From positions 14,275-78,274 of the forward strand of contig CALEWY010000038.1 in the NCBI GenBank assembly GCA_937925335.1: a DNA stretch of 64,000 nucleotides, in the 5' to 3' direction. Source of the DNA: an uncultured Acidimicrobiales bacterium. GTDB lineage: Bacteria > Actinomycetota > Acidimicrobiia > Acidimicrobiales > SZUA-35. The translations under genes were made by a program, and so were the position numbers. The notes beneath the pieces are model-generated. The model did not search any database. It had not been told where the DNA came from and saw nothing but the letters and a program-made list of their open reading frames with translations. Each line of letters begins with the position of its first letter. Positions within the stretch are counted from its first letter, which is position 1. This document shows, piece by piece, positions 9,824 through 20,703 of the stretch.

Positions 9824-10509
9824 CGCTCGCTGTCACGTCGTCCACCGCACTCGTGGGTGTTGCGCTCGCCGACCTCACGAATGAAGGTGGTGCCGCGAAC
9901 GTGGCTGACGTCGGCCGAGCCGAGATCTTGGCGAGCCACGAGGTGCTCACCGATCGGCGTCATGCGGAGGAACTGACCCCGATGATCGCCGAGGTTCTCG
10001 CCGACGCTGGCGTGAGCTTGGACGATGTCGAGCGCTTCGCCGTCGATGTCGGGCCCGGTCGATTCACCGGAATGCGCGTTGGAATCACGACGGTTCGAAC
10101 GCTCGCCGTAGCGACCGGTGGTCTCGTCGTTCCGGTCACCAGCCTCGAGGCCTTGGCTGCAGCCCACCCCGGCCGCAACGTCACCGCCGTCATCGATGCA
10201 CGCCGGGCGGAAGTCTTCCAGCAGCGTTTCGGGCCGGACGGACCGCTCAGCGAAGCGACGGTTGGCGGCGCTGAAGAACTCGCCGCCCTTGTCGACGACG
10301 GTGATGTTGTCGTCGGCGACGGAGCCGACCGCTACCTCGACTTCTACAACGGGCCCGGACGTGAATTGATCGCGGACAGAGCGCCATCGGCCGAACTGAT
10401 CGCCTCGATTGCAGCGAGCCGAACAGCCGTGCCCGGTCACGAGATCGAGCCGCTGTATCTCCGAGCGCCAGACGTGCAGGTCAACATCAAGACCCGCCAC
10501 AACACATGA
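9817..10509 (+). CDS. tsaB: t6A biosynthesis protein TsaB
   Basis: RHAEEL, VDVGPGRFTGMRVG, IDARRAEVF, PLYLR. Confidence 0.95.
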   Translation: MLTLAVTSSTALVGVALADLTNEGGAANVADVGRAEILASHEVLTDRRHAEELTPMIAEVLADAGVSLDDVERFAVDVGPGRFTGMRVGITTVRTLAVATGGLVVPVTSLEALAAAHPGRNVTAVIDARRAEVFQQRFGPDGPLSEATVGGAEELAALVDDGDVVVGDGADRYLDFYNGPGRELIADRAPSAELIASIAASRTAVPGHEIEPLYLRAPDVQVNIKTRHNT

Positions 10510-11048
10510 GCTCCATGCCAACGATCTCTCTGCGAGAGATGACGCTTGACGACGCGCCGGCGATGGCAGCGCTCGAAGCGCAGGTCAGCCCGGAGCCGTG
10601 GTCTGAGGAGCTGTTTGCCGGCGAGCTCGACGTCAACGCGGCCGAGCGTCATTGGCTCGTCGCACTCGAGAATGGCGGTGATGTCGTCGGGTTTGGCGGC
10701 TTGATGTTTGTTGCGGTTGACGGTGACCCGACCGAAGCGCACCTCATGAATATTGCGGTCGACCCCGCTCATCAGCGCAAGGGTGTGGCGACGCACCTTC
10801 TGCACGGACTGCTGATCGATGCGCGGCGTCGAGACACAAACAGCCTGACGCTCGAGGTTCGGTCCGACAATGTCGCCGCTCACGTTCTCTACCGCCGGTT
10901 CGGTCTCGTCGACGTCGGAACCCGCCCTGGCTACTACCAAGACGGAGCGGACGCCTTGATCATGTGGGCGCACGGCATCCTGGGTGACGCCTATGGCGAA
11001 CACCTCGCCACGCTCGTGGAGTGCCCGGTGGATGGAGGCGAACGATGA
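10506..11048 (+). CDS. rimI: Ribosomal protein S18 alanine N-acetyltransferase
   Basis: PWS, NIAVDPAHQRKGVA, LEVRSDN, RPGYY...DALIM; lies between tsaB and tsaD. Confidence 0.92.
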   Translation: MSSMPTISLREMTLDDAPAMAALEAQVSPEPWSEELFAGELDVNAAERHWLVALENGGDVVGFGGLMFVAVDGDPTEAHLMNIAVDPAHQRKGVATHLLHGLLIDARRRDTNSLTLEVRSDNVAAHVLYRRFGLVDVGTRPGYYQDGADALIMWAHGILGDAYGEHLATLVECPVDGGER

Positions 11049-12055
11049 CCGTCGTTTTGGCGATTGAAACAAGCTGCGACGAGACCGCCGTGGCCATCGT
11101 GCGCAACGGAACCGAGGTGCTCGCCAACGTGGTGTCGAGTCAGATCGACATCCACGCTGAGTTTGGTGGTGTTGTGCCCGAGGTTGCGAGCCGTGCACAC
11201 CTCGAGATGCTCGAACCGGTGCTGACGAAGGCGCTCGACGACGCAGGCATGACCGGTACCGATATCGACGCTGTGGCGGCAACCCATGGCCCTGGCTTGA
11301 TCGGTGCCTTGCTGGTTGGCGTCAGCGAGGCCAAAGCGCTGGCTCTCGCGTGGGACGTTCCGTACGTCGGCGTGAACCACATGGAAGGACATCTCTTCGC
11401 GACCTTCCTCGAACAGCCCGATCTCGAGCCGCCGCTTGTGGTCCTACTGGTATCTGGCGGCCACACGTTGATCGTGCACCTCGAGGCGCTCGGTCGTTAT
11501 CGAATCCTCGGGTCGACGATTGACGACGCCGCCGGTGAAGCGTTCGACAAGGTGGCTCGCTACCTCGACCTCGGCTACCCCGGCGGGCCCGTGATCGATC
11601 GGCTGGCGACTGAGGGCGATCCGACGGCGATCAAGTTTCCGCGAGGGTTGCTCACGAAGGGCAACGTCGGCGATTTCGACTTCTCGTTCAGCGGGTTGAA
11701 GACGGCCGTCATCAACTACGTCCGTAAGCACCCGGAAGCCACCGACGCGGATCTCGCGGCCAGCTTCCAAGAAGCCGTGGTCGATGTGTTGGTCACCAAG
11801 GCGATGCGAGCGGCCGATCACGTTGCAGCGAAGGGTGTGTGCCTCGGCGGGGGAGTCGCCGCGAACTCGCGACTGCGGGAACGTTTCGCTGAAGAAGCCG
11901 CCGAGCGCGGCATCGACTGCCTCGTGCCAGCGCGAGCGTTCTGCACCGACAACGCCGCCATGATTGCGGCCGCGGCAACATGGCGCCTTGCGAACGATGG
12001 CCCCACCGGTCTTGACGACGGCGCAACCCCCAACCTGGCGCTGCCCACGGTGTAA
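11045..12055 (+). CDS. tsaD: t6A biosynthesis protein TsaD
   Basis: IETSCDET, GGVVPEVASRAH, HMEGH, VSGGHT, DDAAGEAFDK, SFSGLKT, CTDNAAMI. Confidence 0.98.
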   Translation: MTVVLAIETSCDETAVAIVRNGTEVLANVVSSQIDIHAEFGGVVPEVASRAHLEMLEPVLTKALDDAGMTGTDIDAVAATHGPGLIGALLVGVSEAKALALAWDVPYVGVNHMEGHLFATFLEQPDLEPPLVVLLVSGGHTLIVHLEALGRYRILGSTIDDAAGEAFDKVARYLDLGYPGGPVIDRLATEGDPTAIKFPRGLLTKGNVGDFDFSFSGLKTAVINYVRKHPEATDADLAASFQEAVVDVLVTKAMRAADHVAAKGVCLGGGVAANSRLRERFAEEAAERGIDCLVPARAFCTDNAAMIAAAATWRLANDGPTGLDDGATPNLALPTV

Positions 12056-12062
12056 CCAGCTC

Positions 12063-12100
12063 GGTGTCACCGGCTCTGGTCTCACCGGCTCTGGTCTCAC
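12063..12100. repeat. 15-bp tandem repeat (GGTSTCACCGGCTCT x2.5) between convergent genes
   Basis: Read directly from the sequence. Confidence 0.7.
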
Positions 12101-12114
12101 TGCCCCGGGCCGTT

Positions 12115-13269
12115 CTACGCCGATCGGACCAAGGCTGGCTCGGTCAGCTCACGCCGCTTGTAGCCAAAGCGATCGAACCCGATCGCCCACCGCTCATTGA
12201 TGGTCTCGACTTCGCGTTCGCTCAGCGAACTGAACGCATTACGCCGATACCCGGAGATCGATTCGAGGTAGTCAGCGATCCGGCCGCGAGCCGCGGCAAA
12301 CCCACAGATGTGGAGAGACCGGTACACCCGCTCAAGCGTCTCGAGCGGGTGATCGACCAGCTCTTCGTAGCTGATCTCGATGAGCTGATCTTCGGGAACG
12401 TGGGCCGCATCCTCCACGTATCGCTGCATCACTCGTTCGTAGATCTCGAGAACGTTGCTCTCGATGATCGCCTCGTCGTAGTCCTGCAGCGCCGTGAGTC
12501 CGAGAATCTTGCGGTGCAGGTTCACCGTGGACGGGTACACCTCGTAGGGCGAGCGATGGATGAACACGAATCGAGCGTTTGGGAATAGCTCGAGGAGCAT
12601 CGGAACGCGAGCGGTGTTCACGGGGTTCTTGAGCAGCAGACGGTTCGACTGATCGTGGAGTGCGGCGACCTTCAAGAGGCGCAGGTACTTCTTCTTGAAC
12701 TCGCTGCGAGCTCGAGCCGGCGCTCCATTCATCAAGACGTAGCGCTCGAACGTGGCGATTGCCTGCTTTGGAAACAGGAACTGGAGGTACCACGAGTAGG
12801 GGGTGACCTTTGCGAGCGGAATCTCTTCCTCCTGCGGAGCGTCCATCGGCCAACTCATGTTGTCCATCGGCCGCTGTTCGGGCACCGCCTTTGCCAGGAC
12901 CTTCGGCAGCCAGCGCTGTGTCGAAATCGAGCAATCGGGAGCGAGCGCTTCGAACATTCGAAGGCACCCGAACTGCTCGTCGAGGCTCATCAAGTTGTGC
13001 AGGTGGGTCGTGCCGCTGCGCCAGTGGCCGATGATGAACACGGGCTCATCATCGAGTTCGACAGCATCGATTTCTCGACGCCGACGAAGCCACTGGCTGA
13101 GTTGCAGCGGCGCTCCGATCCACCCACCTGCCGCGATGCCAAGCGTTCTCGGCAACCGTCGGGGCGACAAAGACGGGAGCCGATGCGTGAGGCGCAGCAG
13201 CGTGGTTGGGCGAATGAACGAGAGCAGGCCGAGTTGGTAGCCAAGATCGCGATCGGATCGTTTAGACAT
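12115..13269 (-). CDS. PAPS-dependent sulfotransferase (Stf3/Sulfotransfer_3-like)
   Basis: FIIGHWRSGTT 5'-PSB loop, RPMDNM...PQEEE, LLKNP, IHRSPY..S 3'-PB motif. Confidence 0.92.
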   Translation of the reverse strand: MSKRSDRDLGYQLGLLSFIRPTTLLRLTHRLPSLSPRRLPRTLGIAAGGWIGAPLQLSQWLRRRREIDAVELDDEPVFIIGHWRSGTTHLHNLMSLDEQFGCLRMFEALAPDCSISTQRWLPKVLAKAVPEQRPMDNMSWPMDAPQEEEIPLAKVTPYSWYLQFLFPKQAIATFERYVLMNGAPARARSEFKKKYLRLLKVAALHDQSNRLLLKNPVNTARVPMLLELFPNARFVFIHRSPYEVYPSTVNLHRKILGLTALQDYDEAIIESNVLEIYERVMQRYVEDAAHVPEDQLIEISYEELVDHPLETLERVYRSLHICGFAAARGRIADYLESISGYRRNAFSSLSEREVETINERWAIGFDRFGYKRRELTEPALVRSA

Positions 13270-14791
13270 TGGTGTGGGCCCCCTCTGGTGAGACCGCTGT
13301 GGCGGCCTGGCCTGGATCAACTCGGCTTGGTTGGGTGAGATCAACGGTGGTGAGGCCGGCGTGCCGTGGAAGAAGTGCGGCGATCACGACGGCGGTGACG
13401 GCGAACATGAATCCGCAAGCGATCCAGCTCGTTCGGTAGGAGGAGAGCGTGGATGTAGACCCGACCGCTGCGGTTGCGATGGCGATACCGACGGCCATTG
13501 CAAGTTGGCGAACCGTTGTTGAGCCAGCAGCTCCAATGGCGTATTGCGATGGTGCGACGTTGACCATCGAAGCCGCGGTGAGCATCGGGAATCCAGCGCC
13601 GACGCCGGCTCCCATCAAGATGAGTCCGGGGAGCATTGCGGTGAGGTACGACGGGCTGTCGCCGATCGTCGCCAACCACCACGTGATGGCGGCGAACGAT
13701 GTGAGCGCTCCGGCCGTGATCACGGCTCGGTGGCCGCGGACCGCAGCCATTTTGCCGGCTGGCCCTGACACGATCGCCATGACGACGGGGCCGGGAGCGA
13801 TGGCGAGGCCTGCTCGGAGGACCGAGTAGTCCCACACTTCGGTCAAGAAGCTCGGGGCGAAGACGAGCCAACCGGTAAAGCCGGCGACGAAGGCCAAGGA
13901 TCCGACCGAGCCGACCGCGAAACCCCGGTCGTTGGCGACCGCCGGATCGAACACGGGTGCGGGGTGGCGAACCGATCGGTAGACGAACACGCCGATGCAA
14001 GCGGCCGCAAGCGCCGCGCAGCCAAGCGTGACCGGGCTGGCCCAACCGAGCGTTTCGGCTGCAACGATGATGAAGACGCCGAGCCCAACGCCAATGGCCC
14101 CGGTCGGCACGGCGATCAAGTCGACGGTGCGAGCGATGTTCGGATCGAGGCTTTCGGGCAACACCCGAGCTCCGACGATTGCGGTCACGATGGCGAGCGG
14201 GACGTTGACGAGGAAGACCGAACGCCAACCGACCGAAGCGACCAAGACGGCTCCCACGGTGGGCCCGACTGCAGCGGCGAGCCCCGCCATGGCGCCCCAC
14301 ACGCCGATGGCGACATCGCGCTTGTCGTCGGGCACGACGTGCAAGATCAGCGCCAAAGAAGCGGGGATGAGAAGCGCACCGCCGACCGCTTGGGCAGCGC
14401 GGGCGGCGATGAGCAAACCGATGGTCGGCGCAAGCCCGGAGGCGAGTGAGCCGATGGTGAAGACAGCGAGACCAGTGAGGAACAGCTTCCTCCGGCCGAA
14501 TCGTTCAGCCAGCCAGCCGCCGATGAGGAGGAGTGCCGCAACGCCGACGTTATAGGCGGTGAAGACCCAGGACAGCGTCGCCCGGCTTGCATCGGGGAAC
14601 GTGGCGGAGATCTCGGGAAACGCAACCGAGATGATCGTGAGCTCGAGAGCGATGAAGAAGACGGCGACCGATCCAATGGCGATGACGAGGCCCGGTTTGG
14701 GCTGGCGTTGCGCTGCCCCAGTTTCGGTCGAGCGGTCATCTGCGGGGCGGTTCTCGGCCGGGCTGTTCGGGTTGGTGTGAGTGGAAGTCAT
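13262..14791 (-). CDS. MFS efflux transporter, DHA2 (14-TM) type
   Basis: GWLAERFGRRKLF motif A, ARAAQAVGGA, WRSVFLVNVP. Confidence 0.92.
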   Translation of the reverse strand: MTSTHTNPNSPAENRPADDRSTETGAAQRQPKPGLVIAIGSVAVFFIALELTIISVAFPEISATFPDASRATLSWVFTAYNVGVAALLLIGGWLAERFGRRKLFLTGLAVFTIGSLASGLAPTIGLLIAARAAQAVGGALLIPASLALILHVVPDDKRDVAIGVWGAMAGLAAAVGPTVGAVLVASVGWRSVFLVNVPLAIVTAIVGARVLPESLDPNIARTVDLIAVPTGAIGVGLGVFIIVAAETLGWASPVTLGCAALAAACIGVFVYRSVRHPAPVFDPAVANDRGFAVGSVGSLAFVAGFTGWLVFAPSFLTEVWDYSVLRAGLAIAPGPVVMAIVSGPAGKMAAVRGHRAVITAGALTSFAAITWWLATIGDSPSYLTAMLPGLILMGAGVGAGFPMLTAASMVNVAPSQYAIGAAGSTTVRQLAMAVGIAIATAAVGSTSTLSSYRTSWIACGFMFAVTAVVIAALLPRHAGLTTVDLTQPSRVDPGQAATAVSPEGAHTNV

Positions 14792-16092
14792 CGTGCAACC
14801 TCGACTGCTTCGCCTTCGGTTGCGTCGCCCTCGACTGGTTCGCCTTCGATGAGTGGCGGTGCAGCCGGCTCCCCGTCAACAACAGCCGAAACGTCGTTCG
14901 TGACGAGCGGCTGTTTGCCGAAGTTGGTGCCGATTGCATACGTTGCGATCGTTTCCAGGTAGTCGAGGGCAGGCGGCATCGAGACGCCAGCGACTCCCAG
15001 CATCAACCGTTCTCGACGGTTATCGAATCGAGTCGAGACGCCCGTGTAGGGGGAGTACGGCGCAAAACCCTTCAGGCCACGTTCGCCGAGGCGGCCCCAG
15101 CGCCGAACCTTCGGTGCTGATTTCGGGGCTCGAGCGGCCAGGCCAACACCGGTGGTCAGCGCCGCCCAGCGAGCGGGGCCGACTAGTTGTGGCTCCGATG
15201 GTGTTCGGCCGAAGAGCTTCGAGATGGCGACGCTCGTGTCGACGAACTGGGAAACGTTGAATGCGTCTGGTCCTGCGGTCAGATGATGGCCGACGTAGTC
15301 ACCGCGATCGGATTGAGCGAGCGTCACGATTCCGTCGGCGACGTAGTCGACGCCGACGCTGTCGACGAGCGCGAGTCCGCTGTTTGGCATGACGGGGAGT
15401 TGCCCGTTGGCGATCATGCGCATCGGTGCGTAAAGCACGTTCCAGTTGTCGGTTTCGCCGTCGACTGAGTCGCCGCCAACGATCGATGGTCGATAGATCG
15501 CGACCTCGACTCGGTCCTGTTCTCGCAGCAGACGTTCGGCCCGAGCCTTCGTGCGCTCGTAGGTGTTGCGGAAGTTGCCGGCGCTGTCCGCAGGCAGATG
15601 ATCGGCGTCGACGAGGCCGCTTGCCGTGCCGGCCGCATAGGCCGTGCTGACGTGATGGAAACAGCCGAAGCCGCCGAGTCGAGATGCGAGGACGGCGAGC
15701 TCGAGAAGATGTGCGGTGCCGTCAACATTGATGCGTTGGGCTTCGTCCAAGTCGAGGTCGAAACGCACCGATGCGGCGCAGTGAATGATGTCGTGGGTGG
15801 TCGTTGCGACCGCTTGCCACATCGAGTCGCTCATGCCGAGCTGTGCCTCTTCGATGTCGCCCCGTACCCAGCGAATGCGAGCGGCTTCGGCTGCGGTCGG
15901 TTCTCGGTCAAGTGCGCTTCGCAGCGTTTCCGCGCCACGTTCTTGGGCCATCTGCTGGCTCGTGGCACGAACCGGGGCGATCAGCTCGGCCGGCGTCGAT
16001 GCAAGCAGCCTCGCGATCACCGCACGGCCCAAAAAGCCCGTGGCCCCCGTGATCAAAATCGGTTTCGAAAACTCTTGCTTACTCATCGACAT
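14788..16092 (-). CDS. Extended SDR of the thioester-reductase / fatty acyl-CoA reductase (male-sterility) type
   Basis: ITGATGFLG, IIHCAASVRF, HVSTAY, NTYERTK (YxxxK), YRPSIV; GGAGGG RBS. Confidence 0.85.
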   Translation of the reverse strand: MSMSKQEFSKPILITGATGFLGRAVIARLLASTPAELIAPVRATSQQMAQERGAETLRSALDREPTAAEAARIRWVRGDIEEAQLGMSDSMWQAVATTTHDIIHCAASVRFDLDLDEAQRINVDGTAHLLELAVLASRLGGFGCFHHVSTAYAAGTASGLVDADHLPADSAGNFRNTYERTKARAERLLREQDRVEVAIYRPSIVGGDSVDGETDNWNVLYAPMRMIANGQLPVMPNSGLALVDSVGVDYVADGIVTLAQSDRGDYVGHHLTAGPDAFNVSQFVDTSVAISKLFGRTPSEPQLVGPARWAALTTGVGLAARAPKSAPKVRRWGRLGERGLKGFAPYSPYTGVSTRFDNRRERLMLGVAGVSMPPALDYLETIATYAIGTNFGKQPLVTNDVSAVVDGEPAAPPLIEGEPVEGDATEGEAVEVAR

Positions 16093-16126
16093 CCCCTCCG
16101 GACGTGTGTCATCTCGATGCTGCGCC

Positions 16127-16168
16127 TTGTCTGTCTTGCGTTGTCTGTCTTGCCTTGTCTGTCTTGCC
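16127..16168. repeat. 14-bp tandem repeat TTGTCTGTCTTGCS x3 in the leader of the reductase operon
   Basis: Read directly from the sequence. Confidence 0.8.
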
Positions 16169-16401
16169 TCGGCCTCTTGCGGTTGCCACACCGGTTATGC
16201 GGTGCTGTTTCGCTCGGAGCGCCGAACTGCGGTGTTGTTGAGTCCAACGTACGGGCCGACCCGAATCGGTTCTGTCGGGGCGCTGACAGAAGCACCGTGT
16301 TCGAAGGCACGTCGACGGCGCCCGGGCTCATCGCTGCCGGGGTCGCTGTGAGAATCGTCGGCGTTCGCACAGATTCGATGCCGAAGCGGCCAGAATGATC
16401 C

Positions 16402-17379
16402 GTGATGCTGTTTGCTGCCGAGTCGTCCCGTGACAACTTCGTCGATCTCGACGTTTCAACCGCCTGGTGGGTCGCTCTCGCCGTGATCATCGTCGTGATG
16501 CTCGCGATCGATCTCTATCGCCACCGCGACGATCACGAGCCGACACCACGGGAGGCAGCGATCGAATCATCGATTTGGGTCAGCATCGGCCTTGCGTTCT
16601 CAGCGGTGGTCTTCTTCGGGTTCGGCGACCTCGGTGGTGCGGCCTTTGGCGAGTACATCTCGGGCTATCTCATCGAGAAGTCGTTGAGCGTCGACAACGT
16701 TTTCGTCTGGTCGATCCTGTTCTCAACGATGTCGATCCCGCTCAAGTATCAGCATCGAGTGCTGTTTTGGGGAATCTTCGGAGCCCTTGCACTCCGCTTG
16801 GTCTTCATCCTCGTCGGCAGTGAGTTGATCGAACGTTTCGCCTGGATCCTGGTCTTCTTTGGACTGTTCTTGATCTGGAGCGGCGTGAAGCTGGTCCGCC
16901 ATAGAGAGGATGAGGGCGAGAACACCTCGACGATGGGCCTTGGCCTGTTGAAACGGGTCATGCCCGTCTCTGACGAGCTCGATGGGCACAACTTCTTCAC
17001 GATGAAAAACGGCGTTCGCACCGCAACGCCGCTCTTCGCTGCTCTGGTCGTCGTGGAACTGACCGACGTGGTCTTCGCGTTCGACTCGGTGCCGGCTGTG
17101 CTCGCCGTGTCGAACGAGCCATTCATCGTGTTCGCATCGAACGCCTTCGCTCTGCTCGGACTGCGTGCGATGTACTTCCTCTTGGCAAACGCTCGCGAGC
17201 GTTTCCACTATCTCAACCACGCCCTCGGCGGCATCCTCGTCTTCGTTGGCATCAAGATGGTTCTGAGCATCTGGTTCCACCTCAACACGTTCCTATCGCT
17301 CGGCATCATCTTGGGAATGCTCGTCTTGGCAGTCATCTTCAGCGAACGAAAGGCCCGTCAGCTTGGCATCACCGGCTGA
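16402..17379 (+). CDS. TerC/Alx family metal (Mn) homeostasis membrane protein
   Basis: GYLIEKSLSVDNVFV, QHRVLFWGIFGAL, ELTDVVFAFDSVPA, SNAFALLGLRAMYF. Confidence 0.93.
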   Translation: MMLFAAESSRDNFVDLDVSTAWWVALAVIIVVMLAIDLYRHRDDHEPTPREAAIESSIWVSIGLAFSAVVFFGFGDLGGAAFGEYISGYLIEKSLSVDNVFVWSILFSTMSIPLKYQHRVLFWGIFGALALRLVFILVGSELIERFAWILVFFGLFLIWSGVKLVRHREDEGENTSTMGLGLLKRVMPVSDELDGHNFFTMKNGVRTATPLFAALVVVELTDVVFAFDSVPAVLAVSNEPFIVFASNAFALLGLRAMYFLLANARERFHYLNHALGGILVFVGIKMVLSIWFHLNTFLSLGIILGMLVLAVIFSERKARQLGITG

Positions 17380-17398
17380 TTCCGACTCGTCGGAAACC

Positions 17399-18220
17399 AT
17401 GAATTCACACGATCGGGTCGGCGACGCTTCGGCGACCAAACCAGCGATCGATCGGCGGCTGTTTCTGCTCGGGCTGGCGGCCACCGCAGCTTGCGGCGAT
17501 AGCGGATCTGATGGCGTGTCCGCCGAATCGACCACGACCGCAGCTCCAACCACGACGACCACCACGGTTCCGCCAACCACCGCTCAGGCACCGACAACAC
17601 TTGCTCCTGCGCCAACGACCACAACCGAGCCGCCGTTGCCGGATACCGAGGTTGAGCTGGCGCTGATTGACGCCGACATCGCCGCCACGTCGGTGCATTT
17701 CGTCGAAGCGGCAGCGACCTACGTCGTTGCGGTGCCAGAAGATCTGCGGGAACCCTTCAAGGCGTCACTCGATCCGAGCCTGCACGCCGGTGTCGACGCT
17801 GGCTACCTCGCCCTGTTCAACAAGTGCACACATCTGGGCTGCAAGGTTGCGCCCTGTGATGCAGCGATCAAGCTCGATCCGCTTCCAGCCGAGGGTGACG
17901 CCGCGGTTGAATCGGCTTCCGGTGATGCGGCCAACGCGGACGCAGTCGCAGAGGGGGAGGCCGAAGGCGAGGCTGGAGCCGTAGACGGTGGCGAGGCCGC
18001 CGAACCCTCCGGCGAGTTGGTTCGCCAGTTTTGGTGTCCGTGCCATGCATCGGCGTTCTCGTTGCTTGGGGAGTATCGCGGCGGACCCGCCATGTCAGCG
18101 CTCTACAACATGCCGATCGAGGTCGGCGAAACGTCGGTAACGATTCGCGCATCGGCCCCGGTCGATGGCCTCGGTCGAGACATCGACATCTCTGGTCTGC
18201 CCGCAGGCGAGGCCTGCTAG
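17399..18220 (+). CDS. Tat-exported Rieske [2Fe-2S] lipoprotein
   Basis: DRRLFL twin-arginine signal, TAAC lipobox, Thr-rich linker, CTHLGC and CPCHAS boxes. Confidence 0.8.
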   Translation: MNSHDRVGDASATKPAIDRRLFLLGLAATAACGDSGSDGVSAESTTTAAPTTTTTTVPPTTAQAPTTLAPAPTTTTEPPLPDTEVELALIDADIAATSVHFVEAAATYVVAVPEDLREPFKASLDPSLHAGVDAGYLALFNKCTHLGCKVAPCDAAIKLDPLPAEGDAAVESASGDAANADAVAEGEAEGEAGAVDGGEAAEPSGELVRQFWCPCHASAFSLLGEYRGGPAMSALYNMPIEVGETSVTIRASAPVDGLGRDIDISGLPAGEAC

Positions 18221-18269
18221 CGCACTCGGTCTGCCCGCAGGCGAGGCCTGCTAGCGCACTCGGTCTGCC
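18194..18269. repeat. 34-bp perfect tandem duplication (plus a partial third copy) spanning the Rieske gene stop codon
   Basis: GGTCTGCCCGCAGGCGAGGCCTGCTAGCGCACTC at 18194-18227 and 18228-18261. Confidence 0.9.
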
Positions 18270-18308
18270 GCTGGTCGACCGCAGATCTGATCAGCATCAC
18301 CCATGGGG

Positions 18309-18337
18309 TTGGTGCTCTGCAGGTAGCGCCTTAGTCT
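18309..18337 (+). promoter_or_regulatory. Putative housekeeping-sigma promoter of groESL
   Basis: TTGGTG-N17-TAGTCT; the -10 overlaps CIRCE. Confidence 0.5.
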
Positions 18338-18362
18338 GGCACTCGTCCATTGAGAGTGCTAA
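18336..18362. promoter_or_regulatory. CIRCE element (HrcA operator)
   Basis: CTGGCACTC-N9-GAGTGCTAA versus consensus TTAGCACTC-N9-GAGTGCTAA, just upstream of groES. Confidence 0.92.
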
Positions 18363-18383
18363 CGCCACGGAGGCGACCTGCGC

Positions 18384-20325
<1,942 letters not shown>

Positions 20326-20352
20326 TCAATCGCCTTCGGGTGAATGAATCGC

Positions 20353-20390
20353 AAACGGCCGGTCCTGTTGGACCGGTCGTTTCGCGTTTT
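20353..20390 (+). terminator. Intrinsic terminator after groEL
   Basis: AAACGGCCGGTCC-TGTT-GGACCGGTCGTTT hairpin followed by a T-rich tract. Confidence 0.75.
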
Positions 20391-20613
20391 GCGTCCGCTC
20401 CTCGTCAGGGCCCGACGACGGCCTGCGGCGGAGCTTGCTTCGCGTCGCAATTCCGCCTCCGACCGCCGCCTGTCCCTGGCCGTCGCTCATTTGTTCGTCG
20501 CCTGTTTTGTTTCTTGCGTCCGCTCCTGGTCAGGGCCTGGCGACGGCCTTCGGCGGAGCTTGCTTCGCGTCGCAATTCCGCCTCCGACCGCCGCCTGTCC
20601 CTGGCGGTCGCTC
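20389..20613. repeat. Two ~100-bp direct repeats (period 125), each a long imperfect hairpin
   Basis: 20389-20488 and 20514-20613 are nearly identical; core GGCGGAGCTTGC-TTCGCGTC-GCAATTCCGCC. Confidence 0.88.
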
Positions 20614-20703
20614 GTGTGGCCGTCGCCTTTTCTGGTGGTCGCTGGTCGTCCCCGGCGGTCGCTGGTGTGTTCGGCGCTTGTTTTTCGTGGTCGCTGGTGT
20701 CGA

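Noticed and set aside
16200-16401. yybP-ykoY manganese riboswitch upstream of terC
   Set aside because: I could not recognise the consensus; a CAGAAT hexamer just before the start suggests a leaderless gene
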